64,000 nt of DNA from Rhodospirillaceae bacterium MC! (GCA_002632265.1 NQOV01000011.1:38566-102565); one strand, 5' to 3'; positions 1-10,892 are shown, counted from the first letter of the stretch. Translations and numbers: made by a program. The notes: generated by a model not told the origin, from the letters alone.

Positions 1-100
1 ATCTCCCATACTGTAAATTCACAATCTTTAGTTTATTATTATATCACAAACCATATTCAAATACAACCCAACAATCTCACAACCTGCGAAATTACCATTC

Positions 101-772
101 TTAACTACTAGAATGAATTCTGTGATATTCGTCAAATAGTTGGTAAATTTTAGTGGGATCTTTTAAGCCTGGTTTGACTTCTACGGATGAGGAGATGTCA
201 AAAGCGTAGATGTTTTTCCATAGGCTGTAGAATTCTTTTAGATTTTGTTGTGAGATTCCGCCTGCTATTAAGAGATTTAGTTTGTTTCTTGAGCAGATTA
301 TTAAAGCTTGATCTATTATGTTTCTTTCCACTCGGATTCCTGTACCGCCAAAATCTTTACTGGAGAATGCGTCGAGCAGGATACCTCGGCAGTTGGGGTC
401 GCCTTTGTATTCTTCTATTATGGCGATGTCGCTTAATTCTCTTACTCGGATTGCTTTAATGTAAGGCAGATTTAACGAATGGGCGAAGTTTTCGGTTTCT
501 TCGCCGTGCAGTTGGATCACATCTAGGTTAGATTTTTCGTATACTTCTTTGATTTCACTGATAGAGGCGTTAACAAAGACGCCAACTTTTTCTACATTTT
601 CGTATAATTCTTCTGATATTTCTAGGATCTGTTCAGGAGTTACGTATCTTTTGGATTCTTCGAAACAGATAAAGCCTATGTAATCTGCACCTGATGACGA
701 AACCACTCGAGCATCTTCTTTGTTAGTGATTCCACATATTTTTATTTTAGGGCGTTCTAATAGTGTATCCAT
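101..772 (-). CDS. trpF: phosphoribosylanthranilate isomerase
   Basis: 223-aa ORF with N-terminal KICGIT motif and PRAI-like sequence throughout. It is last in the trpE(G)-D-C-F order, and its start overlaps the trpC stop (TAATG). Confidence 0.9.
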   Translation of the reverse strand: MDTLLERPKIKICGITNKEDARVVSSSGADYIGFICFEESKRYVTPEQILEISEELYENVEKVGVFVNASISEIKEVYEKSNLDVIQLHGEETENFAHSLNLPYIKAIRVRELSDIAIIEEYKGDPNCRGILLDAFSSKDFGGTGIRVERNIIDQALIICSRNKLNLLIAGGISQQNLKEFYSLWKNIYAFDISSSVEVKPGLKDPTKIYQLFDEYHRIHSSS

Positions 773-1719
773 TATTGTTTTTTTCCTTTGATAAAATATT
801 CTAGTTCTGTTTTTGGATCTGGAGTTTTCATGAATGTTGTACCTACTAGAAAGGCGTCGTATCCGCTGGCTTGTAGCTCTTTTGCTTCACTTGTTGATTG
901 GATTCCGCTTTCTGATAGAGTGATTATCTGTAAATCATTTAACTTGCTTATGTTGATATTTTTTGATATCCCAAGATCTACCTTGAAAGTTGTTAGGTCT
1001 CTGTTATTTACTCCGACAACCTTAATGACATCAGGATAAGTTTTTTGATATTCTATTACAAGATCCAATTCTTGGTTGTTGTGAATCTCTATAAGTGGGA
1101 CGATGTTTAACTCTCTTGCGGTTGTGAGTAATTCCACCAATTGATCCTTACTCACAAGGGATATGATAATTAAAAAAGTGCTTGCTCCTGCCAGTCGCCC
1201 CTCATATACTTGATACTTATTTAAGAGAAAATCCTTTTGTAGCAAACAGGCTTGGGGCATGCTTTTACGTATCTCACTTAGATAGGCAAGAGATCCACCG
1301 AATCCGATTTCTTCGCAGAGTACGGAAATGGCTTTTGCTCCTACTTCCATGTATCCCTTGGCTACATTTTCAGGGGTTAAGTGGGCGGGGGCTATCCGTC
1401 CTGCTGACGGACTGGCGAATTTAACTTCTGCTAAAGCTTGAATCTCGTTTGTTTTATTCTTTATATTTTTAGTAAAAACAGAATCGAGAGTGGCTAGCTT
1501 ATTATAGGGCGTGCTTTCCAATTGGGATTTTACCAGATCTAAGGGCTTATGTTCTTCCCTTTTACTTGCTTGAGCTTTGGAAATTGCTCCTAATACTTCT
1601 AGGATGTCATTTTCAGGATCTTGCATTTTATCTAAAATAAGGCCTGCTTGTTGTGCTTTATCTTGAAGAGTTTGGCAGACTGCTCGAACTTTCTTTGATG
1701 ATCTTTGAGTATTAGACAT
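772..1719 (-). CDS. trpC: indole-3-glycerol-phosphate synthase
   Basis: 315-aa ORF with IGPS-like blocks (EVKFASPSAG, VGVNNRDL, LSESGI). About 35 aa of N-terminal extension, so an internal start (MQDPEND) is possible. Confidence 0.88.
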   Translation of the reverse strand: MSNTQRSSKKVRAVCQTLQDKAQQAGLILDKMQDPENDILEVLGAISKAQASKREEHKPLDLVKSQLESTPYNKLATLDSVFTKNIKNKTNEIQALAEVKFASPSAGRIAPAHLTPENVAKGYMEVGAKAISVLCEEIGFGGSLAYLSEIRKSMPQACLLQKDFLLNKYQVYEGRLAGASTFLIIISLVSKDQLVELLTTARELNIVPLIEIHNNQELDLVIEYQKTYPDVIKVVGVNNRDLTTFKVDLGISKNINISKLNDLQIITLSESGIQSTSEAKELQASGYDAFLVGTTFMKTPDPKTELEYFIKGKKQ

Positions 1720-1758
1720 TTGTTAATCCTTATAACTTCAATCTTTAAAATTTAGCCT

Positions 1759-2790
1759 TTATAATTTATGTTGGGCGATAAATTTTTTAATTTTTTGCAT
1801 GGTGAATTCGATTTCGCCTTTTTCGATAGTCTGGCGTGCTAACTCAATTCCCTTTTGCCAACTTTCTACCATACCAGCAATGTATAAGCCTAAACCTGTA
1901 TTCATCAAGACAGTATCAAAACAAGAATCATGACGTTTATTGGTTAGAACTTCTTTGATGATCTCTACGCTTTGTTCTTTGGTGGCCACTTGCAATTCCT
2001 TTAGCTCGCACCTTTTAAAGCCCAGATCTTCAGGAGTAACAACTTCTTTTCTTTTTTCGCCGTTCTCTATGAATATTAGATCACATGGAGCGGTTGGCGA
2101 AACTTCGTCCAAGCCGTCTTGAGATCTTAGAACTACCGCATGTTCGTATTTTTGTTCCAAGAGAACATCTGCTATTAGTTCTGTTCTTTCGGCAAATGGT
2201 GTACCTAGTACGATTCTTTTAACCTTAGCAGGATTTAAAAGAGGTCCTAAAATATTAAAAAATGTTGGAACTTTCAAGCCTGCACGAGTTTTCGCCACAT
2301 TGGCAAAGGACGGGTGAAAGCTCGGAGCATTTAAAAATGTTAAGCCGAATTCCGCCAGCATTCTTTCGTTCGATCTGGGATTCATACGTGCAGATAAACC
2401 TAAAAGCGTCATAGCGTCAGCAGATCCTGTAGTCCCTGTAACGGCTTTATTGCCGTGTTTGGCTACCACTGCCCCACAAGCTGACATTAAAATCGCTGAT
2501 GCCGATGAAATATTAAAGGTACTCCCACCATCTCCACCAGTGCCGACGATATCCACAACCTTTTTATCATCAGGGGTATTAACTGGCACAGCGTGAGACA
2601 TTGCCTCTTCAATAAAGGCTATCATTTCCACCACCGTTTCGCCTTTTACTGCTAAAGCACAACAGAAACCCGCTATTTCTTCTGTTGTAAGATTATTTGT
2701 AACAATATCGTTAAATACGGTTTTTGCTTCTTCATGAGTTAGATCTGCTTTGTGCAGTACTAATTTTCTAATAATTTCTTGTGAATTCAT
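1759..2790 (-). CDS. trpD: anthranilate phosphoribosyltransferase
   Basis: 343-aa ORF with GTGGDG and KHGNKA motifs; sits in the trp cluster. Confidence 0.92.
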   Translation of the reverse strand: MNSQEIIRKLVLHKADLTHEEAKTVFNDIVTNNLTTEEIAGFCCALAVKGETVVEMIAFIEEAMSHAVPVNTPDDKKVVDIVGTGGDGGSTFNISSASAILMSACGAVVAKHGNKAVTGTTGSADAMTLLGLSARMNPRSNERMLAEFGLTFLNAPSFHPSFANVAKTRAGLKVPTFFNILGPLLNPAKVKRIVLGTPFAERTELIADVLLEQKYEHAVVLRSQDGLDEVSPTAPCDLIFIENGEKRKEVVTPEDLGFKRCELKELQVATKEQSVEIIKEVLTNKRHDSCFDTVLMNTGLGLYIAGMVESWQKGIELARQTIEKGEIEFTMQKIKKFIAQHKL

Positions 2791-3139
2791 AATGCTTCTC
2801 CTTGCTATGTTTCTTTTAGAATTGATAGGGTGGTTGATGATAAATGATTAATATGGTTAATGCGGTTAATATATTATGTTATGAAATTATATTCATTATA
2901 GTATTATAGTATGGGTTTTACAATATTAAAGTTTATAGATTTTTTTATTTTACGATCTTCTCCATTAAAAAACTCTAAAATATACAGCCTAAAAGAAGTA
3001 TACGGCTTAGATAGTTAGAGTTTTAAACTTTTATATTGTTACAATTTTATAATATTACAATTTATTACAACTTTATGGTTTACTCTTTATATAGCCTAGA
3101 TTATATGACTTGCACCTTTATAAATGGACTTTTATCAAT

Positions 3140-3216
3140 ACACATTAAATACACATTAAATACACATTAAATACACATTAAATACATATTAAAGACACCT
3201 TAAATATAAGCTAAAG
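3140..3216. repeat. 11-bp tandem repeat (ACACATTAAAT), about 6-7 copies
   Basis: Read directly: four perfect units followed by three degenerating units, inside the 500-bp trpE(G)-trpD spacer. Confidence 0.9.
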
Positions 3217-3291
3217 ATCTATAACCTACATATTAATATAACTTAAAAGCTTAAGAGCTTACATTTTAATATAATTTAGAGCTTATCCCTT

Positions 3292-5421
3292 TTACAACTT
3301 ACACAGTGTTTTTACCACATTAAATATTAAACGTAAACCCACTTTATTTTCTAAGGTCAGTATAGATTCGGGATGAAATTGGACCGCTTGGATTGGTAAG
3401 CTCTTATGAGCGATTGCCATAATGTGTCCGCTTTCTTTTTCCTTTGCGGTTATGATTAGATCCTTAGGGATGTTGCTTGGATCTCCTATGATAGCATGAT
3501 AACCCGCTCCTGTAAATTCCCTTTCCATACCCTTAAAGATTCCTTGATCCGTATGATTAATTAGCCAGCGTTTTCCTTGATGTGGTTCATCTAAGTACTT
3601 TAAAGATCCGCCAAAAGCCTCAAAGATACCTTGCAAACCTAAACAGATACCAAATTGTGGGATATTGTGTTTACTTACCTCAAGAATCTTTTCTAGCATA
3701 TGGAAATCTTTAGGCATTTGCGGACCTGGTGAATATACTATTAAATCAGGCTTTAACTCGATAATTTTTTTAATATCAATATCACTTCTAAAGGTTTCAA
3801 CCTTAGCTCCTGTTTGACGGAAATAATTGGCTAAAGTGTGAACGAAAGAATCTTCATGATCTAAAAAGATGATTCTTTTATCTTGAGCAAAAGGAGTAAA
3901 ATCATAGGCAGAAATTTTATCTACATCCTTATGGGAATCCTTATATTGTCCCATAACCTTAAAGAATGTGTTGGATTTTAGGCGAGTTTCTTTTGTTTCG
4001 CTTTCTGGATCACTATCATAAACCAAAGACGCCCCTGCTCCATAATACGCTATCTTGTTTTTAACATGAACTGTACGAATGGCAATTCCTGTATTCACAT
4101 CGCCATTGGCAAGAATCGCTCCCACTGCTCCACCGTAGTATCCCCTAGGGCTTACTTCATACTTTTCGATGAGTCTTGAGGCGATAGGTTTAGGTGCTCC
4201 CATTAGGGTAACCGCCCACATGTGCGATAGGAAACCGTCCAAACCGTCAAAGCCCTCTCGCAATGTTCCTTCCACATGATCCACCGTATGAAATAAACCT
4301 TGATAAGCTTCTATCTGACGGCGACTCAATAACTTAACAGATCCCGCCTTACACACTCGTGATTTATCGTTACGGTCCACATCCGTACACATGGTTAATT
4401 CTATTTCATCCTTATCGGAATTAAGTAAGTCCTTAATGCGATCAATATCCACCATAACATCATGAGATCGAGCAATCGTCCCACTAATAGGACAGCTTTC
4501 TATACGCTTACCTGTAACACGCACGAACATTTCAGGCGACGCCCCAATCACTTGCTCATCGCCAAACTGCACAAGATACATATAAGGCGACGGATTCATC
4601 TCTTGCATTTTCTTAAATAATGTTGTCGGCTTTGCTTTATATTCTGTACTAAAAGTACGACGCAATACTAATTCAACAATATTACCTTTCGCCATATGAT
4701 CCTTAGCTTGCACTACCAATTTACTATAATCTTCATCGGACATATCAGAAACAATCGGAGAAGATTTAAAATTCTCATCATATGTGTTATTCACAGGATT
4801 AAAGGGAGTAGTATCGGTTTCAGACACTCCAACATATTCAAACTCATAACTAAAAGCTTGATCTCTTTGGCGGTCCACCTTAAAGACATTATCAGGAAAC
4901 ATCAAGCGATAAAGATAATTACTATCATTTCTTGCATGGCGTAATTCTTGTGCATCGAACTCAAATAAAAGATCGTAACCGAAAACACCGTAAGCTCCCA
5001 AAGTTGGCACATTATCAGGCAACGCCTGTAAAAGATAACGCAAAACACTAAAGGCAGACGGTTGGTGCGAGCGTTCTTCTTCACTAAATATCTTGCTAGA
5101 TTTTATTACCTTATAGCTAATTTTTCGCTCTTCTATGGCTTGTGTTTCTATTTCCTTATGATCTTTGATCTCATTATGTAAGAGTTTAATGATCTCCACA
5201 CCTTTTTTATTAAAGGCCTCAAGAGTAACTCCATTGGCTGTGGCATTTAAACCAAAAGGCGGATTTAAAAAGCCAATATCCCAACGACTGTATCTGTTAG
5301 GATACTCTGTACCAGAACTTAAGAATATTCCTTGGTTTTCATTTAATCTATCGATAAACTCTTCAGATACTCTGTGGATATCTATTTCTTTTATTGTGTG
5401 CTTTATATTTAACATTAACAA
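3292..5421 (-). CDS. trpE(G): fused anthranilate synthase, component I plus glutamine amidotransferase component II
   Basis: 709-aa ORF. The N-terminal chorismate-binding TrpE-like region is fused to a C-terminal class I amidotransferase (FGICLGLQG, HPES). Confidence 0.9.
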   Translation of the reverse strand: MLMLNIKHTIKEIDIHRVSEEFIDRLNENQGIFLSSGTEYPNRYSRWDIGFLNPPFGLNATANGVTLEAFNKKGVEIIKLLHNEIKDHKEIETQAIEERKISYKVIKSSKIFSEEERSHQPSAFSVLRYLLQALPDNVPTLGAYGVFGYDLLFEFDAQELRHARNDSNYLYRLMFPDNVFKVDRQRDQAFSYEFEYVGVSETDTTPFNPVNNTYDENFKSSPIVSDMSDEDYSKLVVQAKDHMAKGNIVELVLRRTFSTEYKAKPTTLFKKMQEMNPSPYMYLVQFGDEQVIGASPEMFVRVTGKRIESCPISGTIARSHDVMVDIDRIKDLLNSDKDEIELTMCTDVDRNDKSRVCKAGSVKLLSRRQIEAYQGLFHTVDHVEGTLREGFDGLDGFLSHMWAVTLMGAPKPIASRLIEKYEVSPRGYYGGAVGAILANGDVNTGIAIRTVHVKNKIAYYGAGASLVYDSDPESETKETRLKSNTFFKVMGQYKDSHKDVDKISAYDFTPFAQDKRIIFLDHEDSFVHTLANYFRQTGAKVETFRSDIDIKKIIELKPDLIVYSPGPQMPKDFHMLEKILEVSKHNIPQFGICLGLQGIFEAFGGSLKYLDEPHQGKRWLINHTDQGIFKGMEREFTGAGYHAIIGDPSNIPKDLIITAKEKESGHIMAIAHKSLPIQAVQFHPESILTLENKVGLRLIFNVVKTLCKL

Positions 5422-5794
5422 CTCTCTTTTATATTTTGTCTATATTGTATATTTTTACCATATGCCTTGCTATATAATTTACTATACAATCTTATATTTA
5501 AATTTTTACTTAGCGTTTTCTTATATTGTTACTTATATTTCGACTTATATTTTTATTTAGCTTTTACTTAACTAAAGTAATTTGCTTGATGTATCATGTA
5601 TTTAGATAAAATAACATACCTATAGGTCTAATTTTCTCAATTAAATTTTACTTTATTTAGTCAATATTTGAACCGAAGTTCTATTAAACTAAATAATTGT
5701 ATTATAAACTCTTTTAATCTTAACTTTAGACCTTTGCCATCGGTTATAATATAAAGGCATATGGAAATTCCTTACGATAAAATAAATTTTTCAT

Positions 5795-5823
5795 TTGACT
5801 TTTAGTATAACAGGTACTAGAAT
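5795..5823 (+). promoter_or_regulatory. sigma70-like promoter
   Basis: TTGACT, 17-nt spacer, TAGAAT; about 97 nt upstream of the 5920 start. Confidence 0.45.
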
Positions 5824-5919
5824 TAATGTCAAATAATTAATATCATAATTAATATCAAAATCATTTAATCTTAACTTTAACCACATTACAAATATATTAC
5901 AATAAGGATTATCTCTACC

Positions 5920-7878
5920 ATGTTTACAAGATACAGAACCCTAATATCGTTTAATATCTTTATGATCGTCATGTATACCGCTTTAAGATTTTTTTTACTG
6001 ATACATTCTCATATTGCATCAGGAATATCTTTTGCGGATATTATGCGTGTATTTGGTTTTGGTTTCATGTTTGATATGAGCTTTATCTTATATTTTAACA
6101 TTATCTTTTCTCTATTGTTTTTTATTATTCCTGATTTCCTATGGCAAACAAAAGTTATCCGTGGATTTATTCAGCTTCTATTATTTATCATGACATTTTG
6201 CATTGGTTTGGGCATGATCGCCGAAATCTTATTCTGGAATGAATTCCATGCAAGATTTAACTTTATTACAATCGATTCTTTAATATATACCAATACAGTA
6301 TTAAAAGATGTTTGGCACAACTATCATATCATATGGATTACTGCTATCCTTTTAGCTGTGGTTATTGTAGTATATTATCTGCTACAAAAGATATTTTTTA
6401 AGGTTTACAATCAACGCTCAACCTATATTTCAAGATTTCCCTATTTACTTATTTATATCATTCTCATAGGCGGATGTTTCCTGCTTGTGGATCAAGACGT
6501 ACGAGACGTTGTATCAGATGACTCTTATATATGTGAATTGGCGTCAAATGGTCCCTATCAACTCTTTTCGGCATTTAGAAACAACACAATTAACTTCTCT
6601 AAATTTTATAACACTTTAGATCCTAAACAAGCTAAAACCATAGTAGCTAAAGATATCATGGAATACAATTCCACCGATGTGGATTCATCTAGATTTGGGG
6701 TAGAGCGTAAAATCATAAATAATCCAAAACACTTACGTAAACCCAATTATAACGTGGTACTTATAACCGTTGAAAGCCTAAGTGCAAAGGATATGACATA
6801 CGCAGGACAAAAAGAAAACATCACTCCCTTTTTAGATACAGTATCTAAACAAAGTTACTTTTTCAACAACTTCTACGCCACAGGCACAAGAACAGTACGA
6901 GGCTTGGAAGCCATAACCCTTTCCATGCCCCCAACTCCAGGACGTTCCATTATTAAGCGAATCGGTTACCAATCAAAATGGAACTCTCTAGGGGGAATCT
7001 TACATGATAGGGGATACGATAGTGTCTTTTTCTACGGTGGCAAAGGCTTTTTCGATAATCTGAACGCTTTCTTTTTAGGCAACAAATATCGCAAATTCGA
7101 CGCAAATGACATGCCAGATAGTGAACCAGAAAATGCAAAAACATCATGGGGATATGCTGATGAATTCGTCTTTAAGCACATGATCAATCAAGCAAATAAC
7201 GATTATAAAAAGCACAAGCCTTTCTTTTTCCATATCATGACAACTTCCAATCATAAACCTTACACCATTCCATCAGGGCGGATCTCTCAAAAGGCTCGCT
7301 ATGATGCAGGTGGCGTCCTTAACCCTAGACACAGCACAGTAAAATATACAGATTGGGTCATTCATAACTTCATGGATAACGCCAAAAAACAACCGTGGTT
7401 TAAAAATACTATTTTCCTTATTCTAGCCGACCATACCAACCACGCATCAGGACACACAACTTTACCTATTTGGCGTTATCATATTCCTTTCATTATTTAC
7501 GCTCCAAGTATCATAAAACATCCTAGAACCATTAAGACCCTATCATCTCAAGTGGACGTAGCCCCAACCCTTTTAGGAATTCTAGGCTTTAACTACAATT
7601 CTACCTTTTTTGGTAAAAATATCCTAAACATGTCCAACCAACAAGGACGTGCTTTCATCTCCACATATCAAAAACTAGGATACATAGATCACAACAACAA
7701 CCTATCCGTACTAATGCCCAACTTCCACAACATAATCCACCTAACCCCCACCCCCCACCACCCTCTCACCAAACCCCAACAAAAATCCCTCCTAAACCTA
7801 ACCATATCCTACTACCAAAACGCCAGCGAAGTCTACACCCAACACAAAAAAGACACCAACAACCGCCTACTAAAATAA
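5920..7878 (+). CDS. LTA synthase / phosphoglycerol-transferase family membrane sulfatase-fold protein
   Basis: 652-aa ORF with several N-terminal hydrophobic helices, then an alkaline-phosphatase/sulfatase-type domain (VVLITVESLS, ILADHTNH). The last ~60 codons are a low-complexity P/T/H/Q tail in a strongly A/C-rich tract. Confidence 0.75.
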   Translation: MFTRYRTLISFNIFMIVMYTALRFFLLIHSHIASGISFADIMRVFGFGFMFDMSFILYFNIIFSLLFFIIPDFLWQTKVIRGFIQLLLFIMTFCIGLGMIAEILFWNEFHARFNFITIDSLIYTNTVLKDVWHNYHIIWITAILLAVVIVVYYLLQKIFFKVYNQRSTYISRFPYLLIYIILIGGCFLLVDQDVRDVVSDDSYICELASNGPYQLFSAFRNNTINFSKFYNTLDPKQAKTIVAKDIMEYNSTDVDSSRFGVERKIINNPKHLRKPNYNVVLITVESLSAKDMTYAGQKENITPFLDTVSKQSYFFNNFYATGTRTVRGLEAITLSMPPTPGRSIIKRIGYQSKWNSLGGILHDRGYDSVFFYGGKGFFDNLNAFFLGNKYRKFDANDMPDSEPENAKTSWGYADEFVFKHMINQANNDYKKHKPFFFHIMTTSNHKPYTIPSGRISQKARYDAGGVLNPRHSTVKYTDWVIHNFMDNAKKQPWFKNTIFLILADHTNHASGHTTLPIWRYHIPFIIYAPSIIKHPRTIKTLSSQVDVAPTLLGILGFNYNSTFFGKNILNMSNQQGRAFISTYQKLGYIDHNNNLSVLMPNFHNIIHLTPTPHHPLTKPQQKSLLNLTISYYQNASEVYTQHKKDTNNRLLK

Positions 7879-8101
7879 CTCTCCCTATCATAGATCATGA
7901 TACAAGTATTTATAACATGTTAGACACTAGATTCTAGACACTAGATATTAAAATAAAACAAGATCTTAATGTGAAAAGACTATTCTCATTGAATAATCTG
8001 TAATATATAAAGAGCGAATCATGTGGGATAAGGATTCGTATGGGTGTTTATTTGTAATAGTTGAAAATAATCTTGTATTTCAAAGGTTTATAACATTGGG
8101 G

Positions 8102-8131
8102 TTGACAAATATATATACGTTATTGTATAAT
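8102..8131 (+). promoter_or_regulatory. near-consensus sigma70-like promoter with no long ORF downstream
   Basis: TTGACA, 18-nt spacer, TATAAT. The next ORF of 60 aa or more starts at 8504. Confidence 0.4.
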
Positions 8132-8503
8132 AAAAAATGAAGGATGTGGAATACATTCTAAATACGAATATTATATGTATTTTAATCATACGTGTATCAA
8201 CAAATAACCCAATTTATGGGAACGGATACTTTGCATATGAACTTAATTTATTATATGAAAGATCTTTTTGATAAACTCTTCTTGATCCCCATATTGCATA
8301 TGCTAATTAATTAATGTCTGTCCATAAATGATTTATTAAAAGTACTGATAAAACATATTTTAGCTTGTATTTAGGAATCCACATCCTTACTTTTTTGTTA
8401 AATTAATTACTCTTTATCCTTAAAACGGGATGTTAGATGATTAGTTTTTTTTACCAACTAAGTATATAAATGAACAACATATAAATAAAAAAAGGATCAC
8501 AAA

Positions 8504-9178
8504 ATGCATTTTGATTTTTACTACTATAGATCTCCAAATAGTCAAAGAGTAATGATGGTTCTTGATAAACTTAATAAGTTATATCCTGGCGAAGGACCAA
8601 CATACGATGTTAAACATATTGACCTTAGAAAAGGCGATAAGGTTGACATGTTATATTCGCCAAAAGGCTATTGCCCTGCTCTATTTGATACTAACGGCTC
8701 TAGATACTTTGAAAGTGGAGCGATAATATTACGTCTGTGCGAAATATTTGATGTAAACGGTGCTCTTTTACCACTTGATGACACTAATCCCCATGCCAAG
8801 CGTTCGGAAGCTTTATCATGGTTTTTCAACATCACTGCAGATTTCGCCATGAAGTTACAAGGATTAATCATCCCTGCTATCCACGCCAAAAAGGATGAAA
8901 AAAGCCAAGTTGCCGAATTCTTAATCCAGACAATTAAAGATACCCTTAAGGAATTCGCCGAATTCTATAACGATCGCCTAGAAGAAACAGGATCATATAT
9001 TATGGATTCGCCACATCCTACAATTTGCGATTTATCTCTAATGCCATTACTACATACTTTTCTCACCATGGATATGTTAGAAATTAACTTCTCCATTGAA
9101 GATTATGAATATCTTAACACTTGGTATAAAAGAATGTTAGAAAACTCATCAGTACAAAAAACATTAGCTTTTAAATAA
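8504..9178 (+). CDS. glutathione S-transferase-like protein
   Basis: 224-aa ORF with a thioredoxin-like N-terminus (SPNSQRV) and CPALFD...FESGAII resembling the GST cis-Pro/ES block. Confidence 0.6.
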   Translation: MHFDFYYYRSPNSQRVMMVLDKLNKLYPGEGPTYDVKHIDLRKGDKVDMLYSPKGYCPALFDTNGSRYFESGAIILRLCEIFDVNGALLPLDDTNPHAKRSEALSWFFNITADFAMKLQGLIIPAIHAKKDEKSQVAEFLIQTIKDTLKEFAEFYNDRLEETGSYIMDSPHPTICDLSLMPLLHTFLTMDMLEINFSIEDYEYLNTWYKRMLENSSVQKTLAFK

Positions 9179-9280
9179 CATTCGTTAGTTAATACAGTAT
9201 CATAAAACTTTCTACCTTTAGAGCTTTTAGGGTTCTAAGGGTAAAAATATATAAATATATTGAGTTTTTGTTGTTTTATA

Positions 9281-9309
9281 TTGACTACAAAAAATATATA
9301 TGTTAAAAT
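9281..9309 (+). promoter_or_regulatory. sigma70-like promoter
   Basis: TTGACT, 17-nt spacer ending in TGT, TAAAAT; 41 nt upstream of 9350. Confidence 0.45.
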
Positions 9310-9349
9310 TTCATTAATTTCATAAATCATAGATACAGGACAAAAAAAC

Positions 9350-9796
9350 ATGGAACAAAACAAAAGCATTTTAACAATTTTTTCCGTATATAAAGCACTA
9401 ACGATCCTAGCGTATATATATATTACGCTTAAATATTTTCCTTATGGCCATATTATTGCTCTATTGGTATCTGTTGTTTTAGTATTGGTAAAAGTTTGGT
9501 TTTTAGATAAGCCATTTTTGAAAAAAAGAAGCGAAATTACAAAAATTACCAAAGCGTCGTTAATGTTTTTAGTAATTGCTGATATTAATCTTATTATGAT
9601 CATTCCTGCGATTTTCGATCTAATAAAAGATGTGATTGTAGCGGGGCTTGTGCAAGATCATTCGGCTAAATCCCATTATGGTACTTATGATATTGTAGCA
9701 GCTCACAGTATCGGAATGTTTAGCTCGTGCGTTCTTGTATTATATATTATAGAACAACAGTTTATGAAATATATTAACTTTGAAACCTTTAACTAA
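9350..9796 (+). CDS. hypothetical integral membrane protein
   Basis: 148-aa ORF with about four hydrophobic segments; no recognisable motif. Confidence 0.55.
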   Translation: MEQNKSILTIFSVYKALTILAYIYITLKYFPYGHIIALLVSVVLVLVKVWFLDKPFLKKRSEITKITKASLMFLVIADINLIMIIPAIFDLIKDVIVAGLVQDHSAKSHYGTYDIVAAHSIGMFSSCVLVLYIIEQQFMKYINFETFN

Positions 9797-9900
9797 TATC
9801 AAACATTAACACTAAGAAACGACAAGACAAGACACAATATAATACAACGCAACACAACACAACAGATAAATATACACATCTAAAAAATAGGAAAACTACC

Positions 9901-10224
9901 ATGAGAAAAATCCTTATTAGCACAGTAGCCATTCTTTCTTTATCCTCTCTTGGGGCTTGTGATATTCAAATTGAATCATACACTCCTGAAAATCCGCCAC
10001 CTAGAGCCTTACAATTTTCTCTTCGAGAAGTGGCTCACTATTGTGGCATGAGTAGACGTCAGCTGAAACGCATTCAAACACCATACGGCAATGATTTCAA
10101 CTGTGTTAAAATGTACGCCGATCAGGGACACGTATCAGCAATGACAATTGTGGGCAAAGCCTATCGCCATGAGGGAATGAGACGCAAAGCTCGATATTAT
10201 TTATCTCTAGCAAGGCAATACTAA
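9901..10224 (+). CDS. small lipoprotein with a single Sel1-like repeat
   Basis: 107-aa ORF with a signal peptide and lipobox (LGAC). The CVKMYADQGHVSAM...GKAY block is shared with neighbouring Sel1-like genes. Confidence 0.55.
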   Translation: MRKILISTVAILSLSSLGACDIQIESYTPENPPPRALQFSLREVAHYCGMSRRQLKRIQTPYGNDFNCVKMYADQGHVSAMTIVGKAYRHEGMRRKARYYLSLARQY

Positions 10225-10313
10225 TCATATATTTAACTAACTTACATCAAGTAACACCTAAGAATCTAATATAAGAATTTAATATAACAATTTAAGAAGT
10301 CATCTAACGAATT

Positions 10314-10892
10314 ATGAAGAAAATACTCACTCTAACCCTATCACTATTATTTGCTATCACATTAACATCTTGCCAACCTGAAGTTCAAGGAGAGTTAACT
10401 ACTTTTAATCCTGCAGGCAAGATCACACTTTTATCCTTAGTCGAGCAAATGACTCCTAAGGACGTTATGGAAATCTGCAAAATCAAAAAGGGCGATAAAC
10501 GAGCAACATATTTATATGATCCGCAATTAACATGCCTTAGAGATTTAGCCGATCAAGGAAACATCATCCCGATGTTTACTGTAGCAAATACCGATATGGC
10601 CATATACAATAAAACAAAAAATCCCAATGCTCTCCAAGAGGCCGTTTTATATTTAAAGGTTATTGTAGCATTTAGCAAGCTTCCTGAATTCGATTTTAAT
10701 AATATATCGCAACAAGATAAACTTATCCATAAATATAATCTGCAAAAATTAATACGTATAGTAAATGTGGCATCGCAACTTTTATTTAAAAATAAAAATG
10801 CCAACCAAGCCCAACTTTTAAATCTTGACATCAAAGAACTAAAAAGACATATATTAATAACTAAAACCCCAACTAATATCCCACAAAGCTAA
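10314..10892 (+). CDS. lipoprotein, Sel1-like N-terminal motif
   Basis: 192-aa ORF with lipobox LTSC and a CLRDLADQGN block paralogous to 9901 and 10976. Confidence 0.55.
   Translation: MKKILTLTLSLLFAITLTSCQPEVQGELTTFNPAGKITLLSLVEQMTPKDVMEICKIKKGDKRATYLYDPQLTCLRDLADQGNIIPMFTVANTDMAIYNKTKNPNALQEAVLYLKVIVAFSKLPEFDFNNISQQDKLIHKYNLQKLIRIVNVASQLLFKNKNANQAQLLNLDIKELKRHILITKTPTNIPQS

Noticed and set aside
5422-5919. Trp leader peptide or attenuator upstream of trpE(G).
   Set aside because: No short ORF with tandem Trp codons (CCACCA on the plus strand) and no alternative hairpin set could be found in the upstream region.
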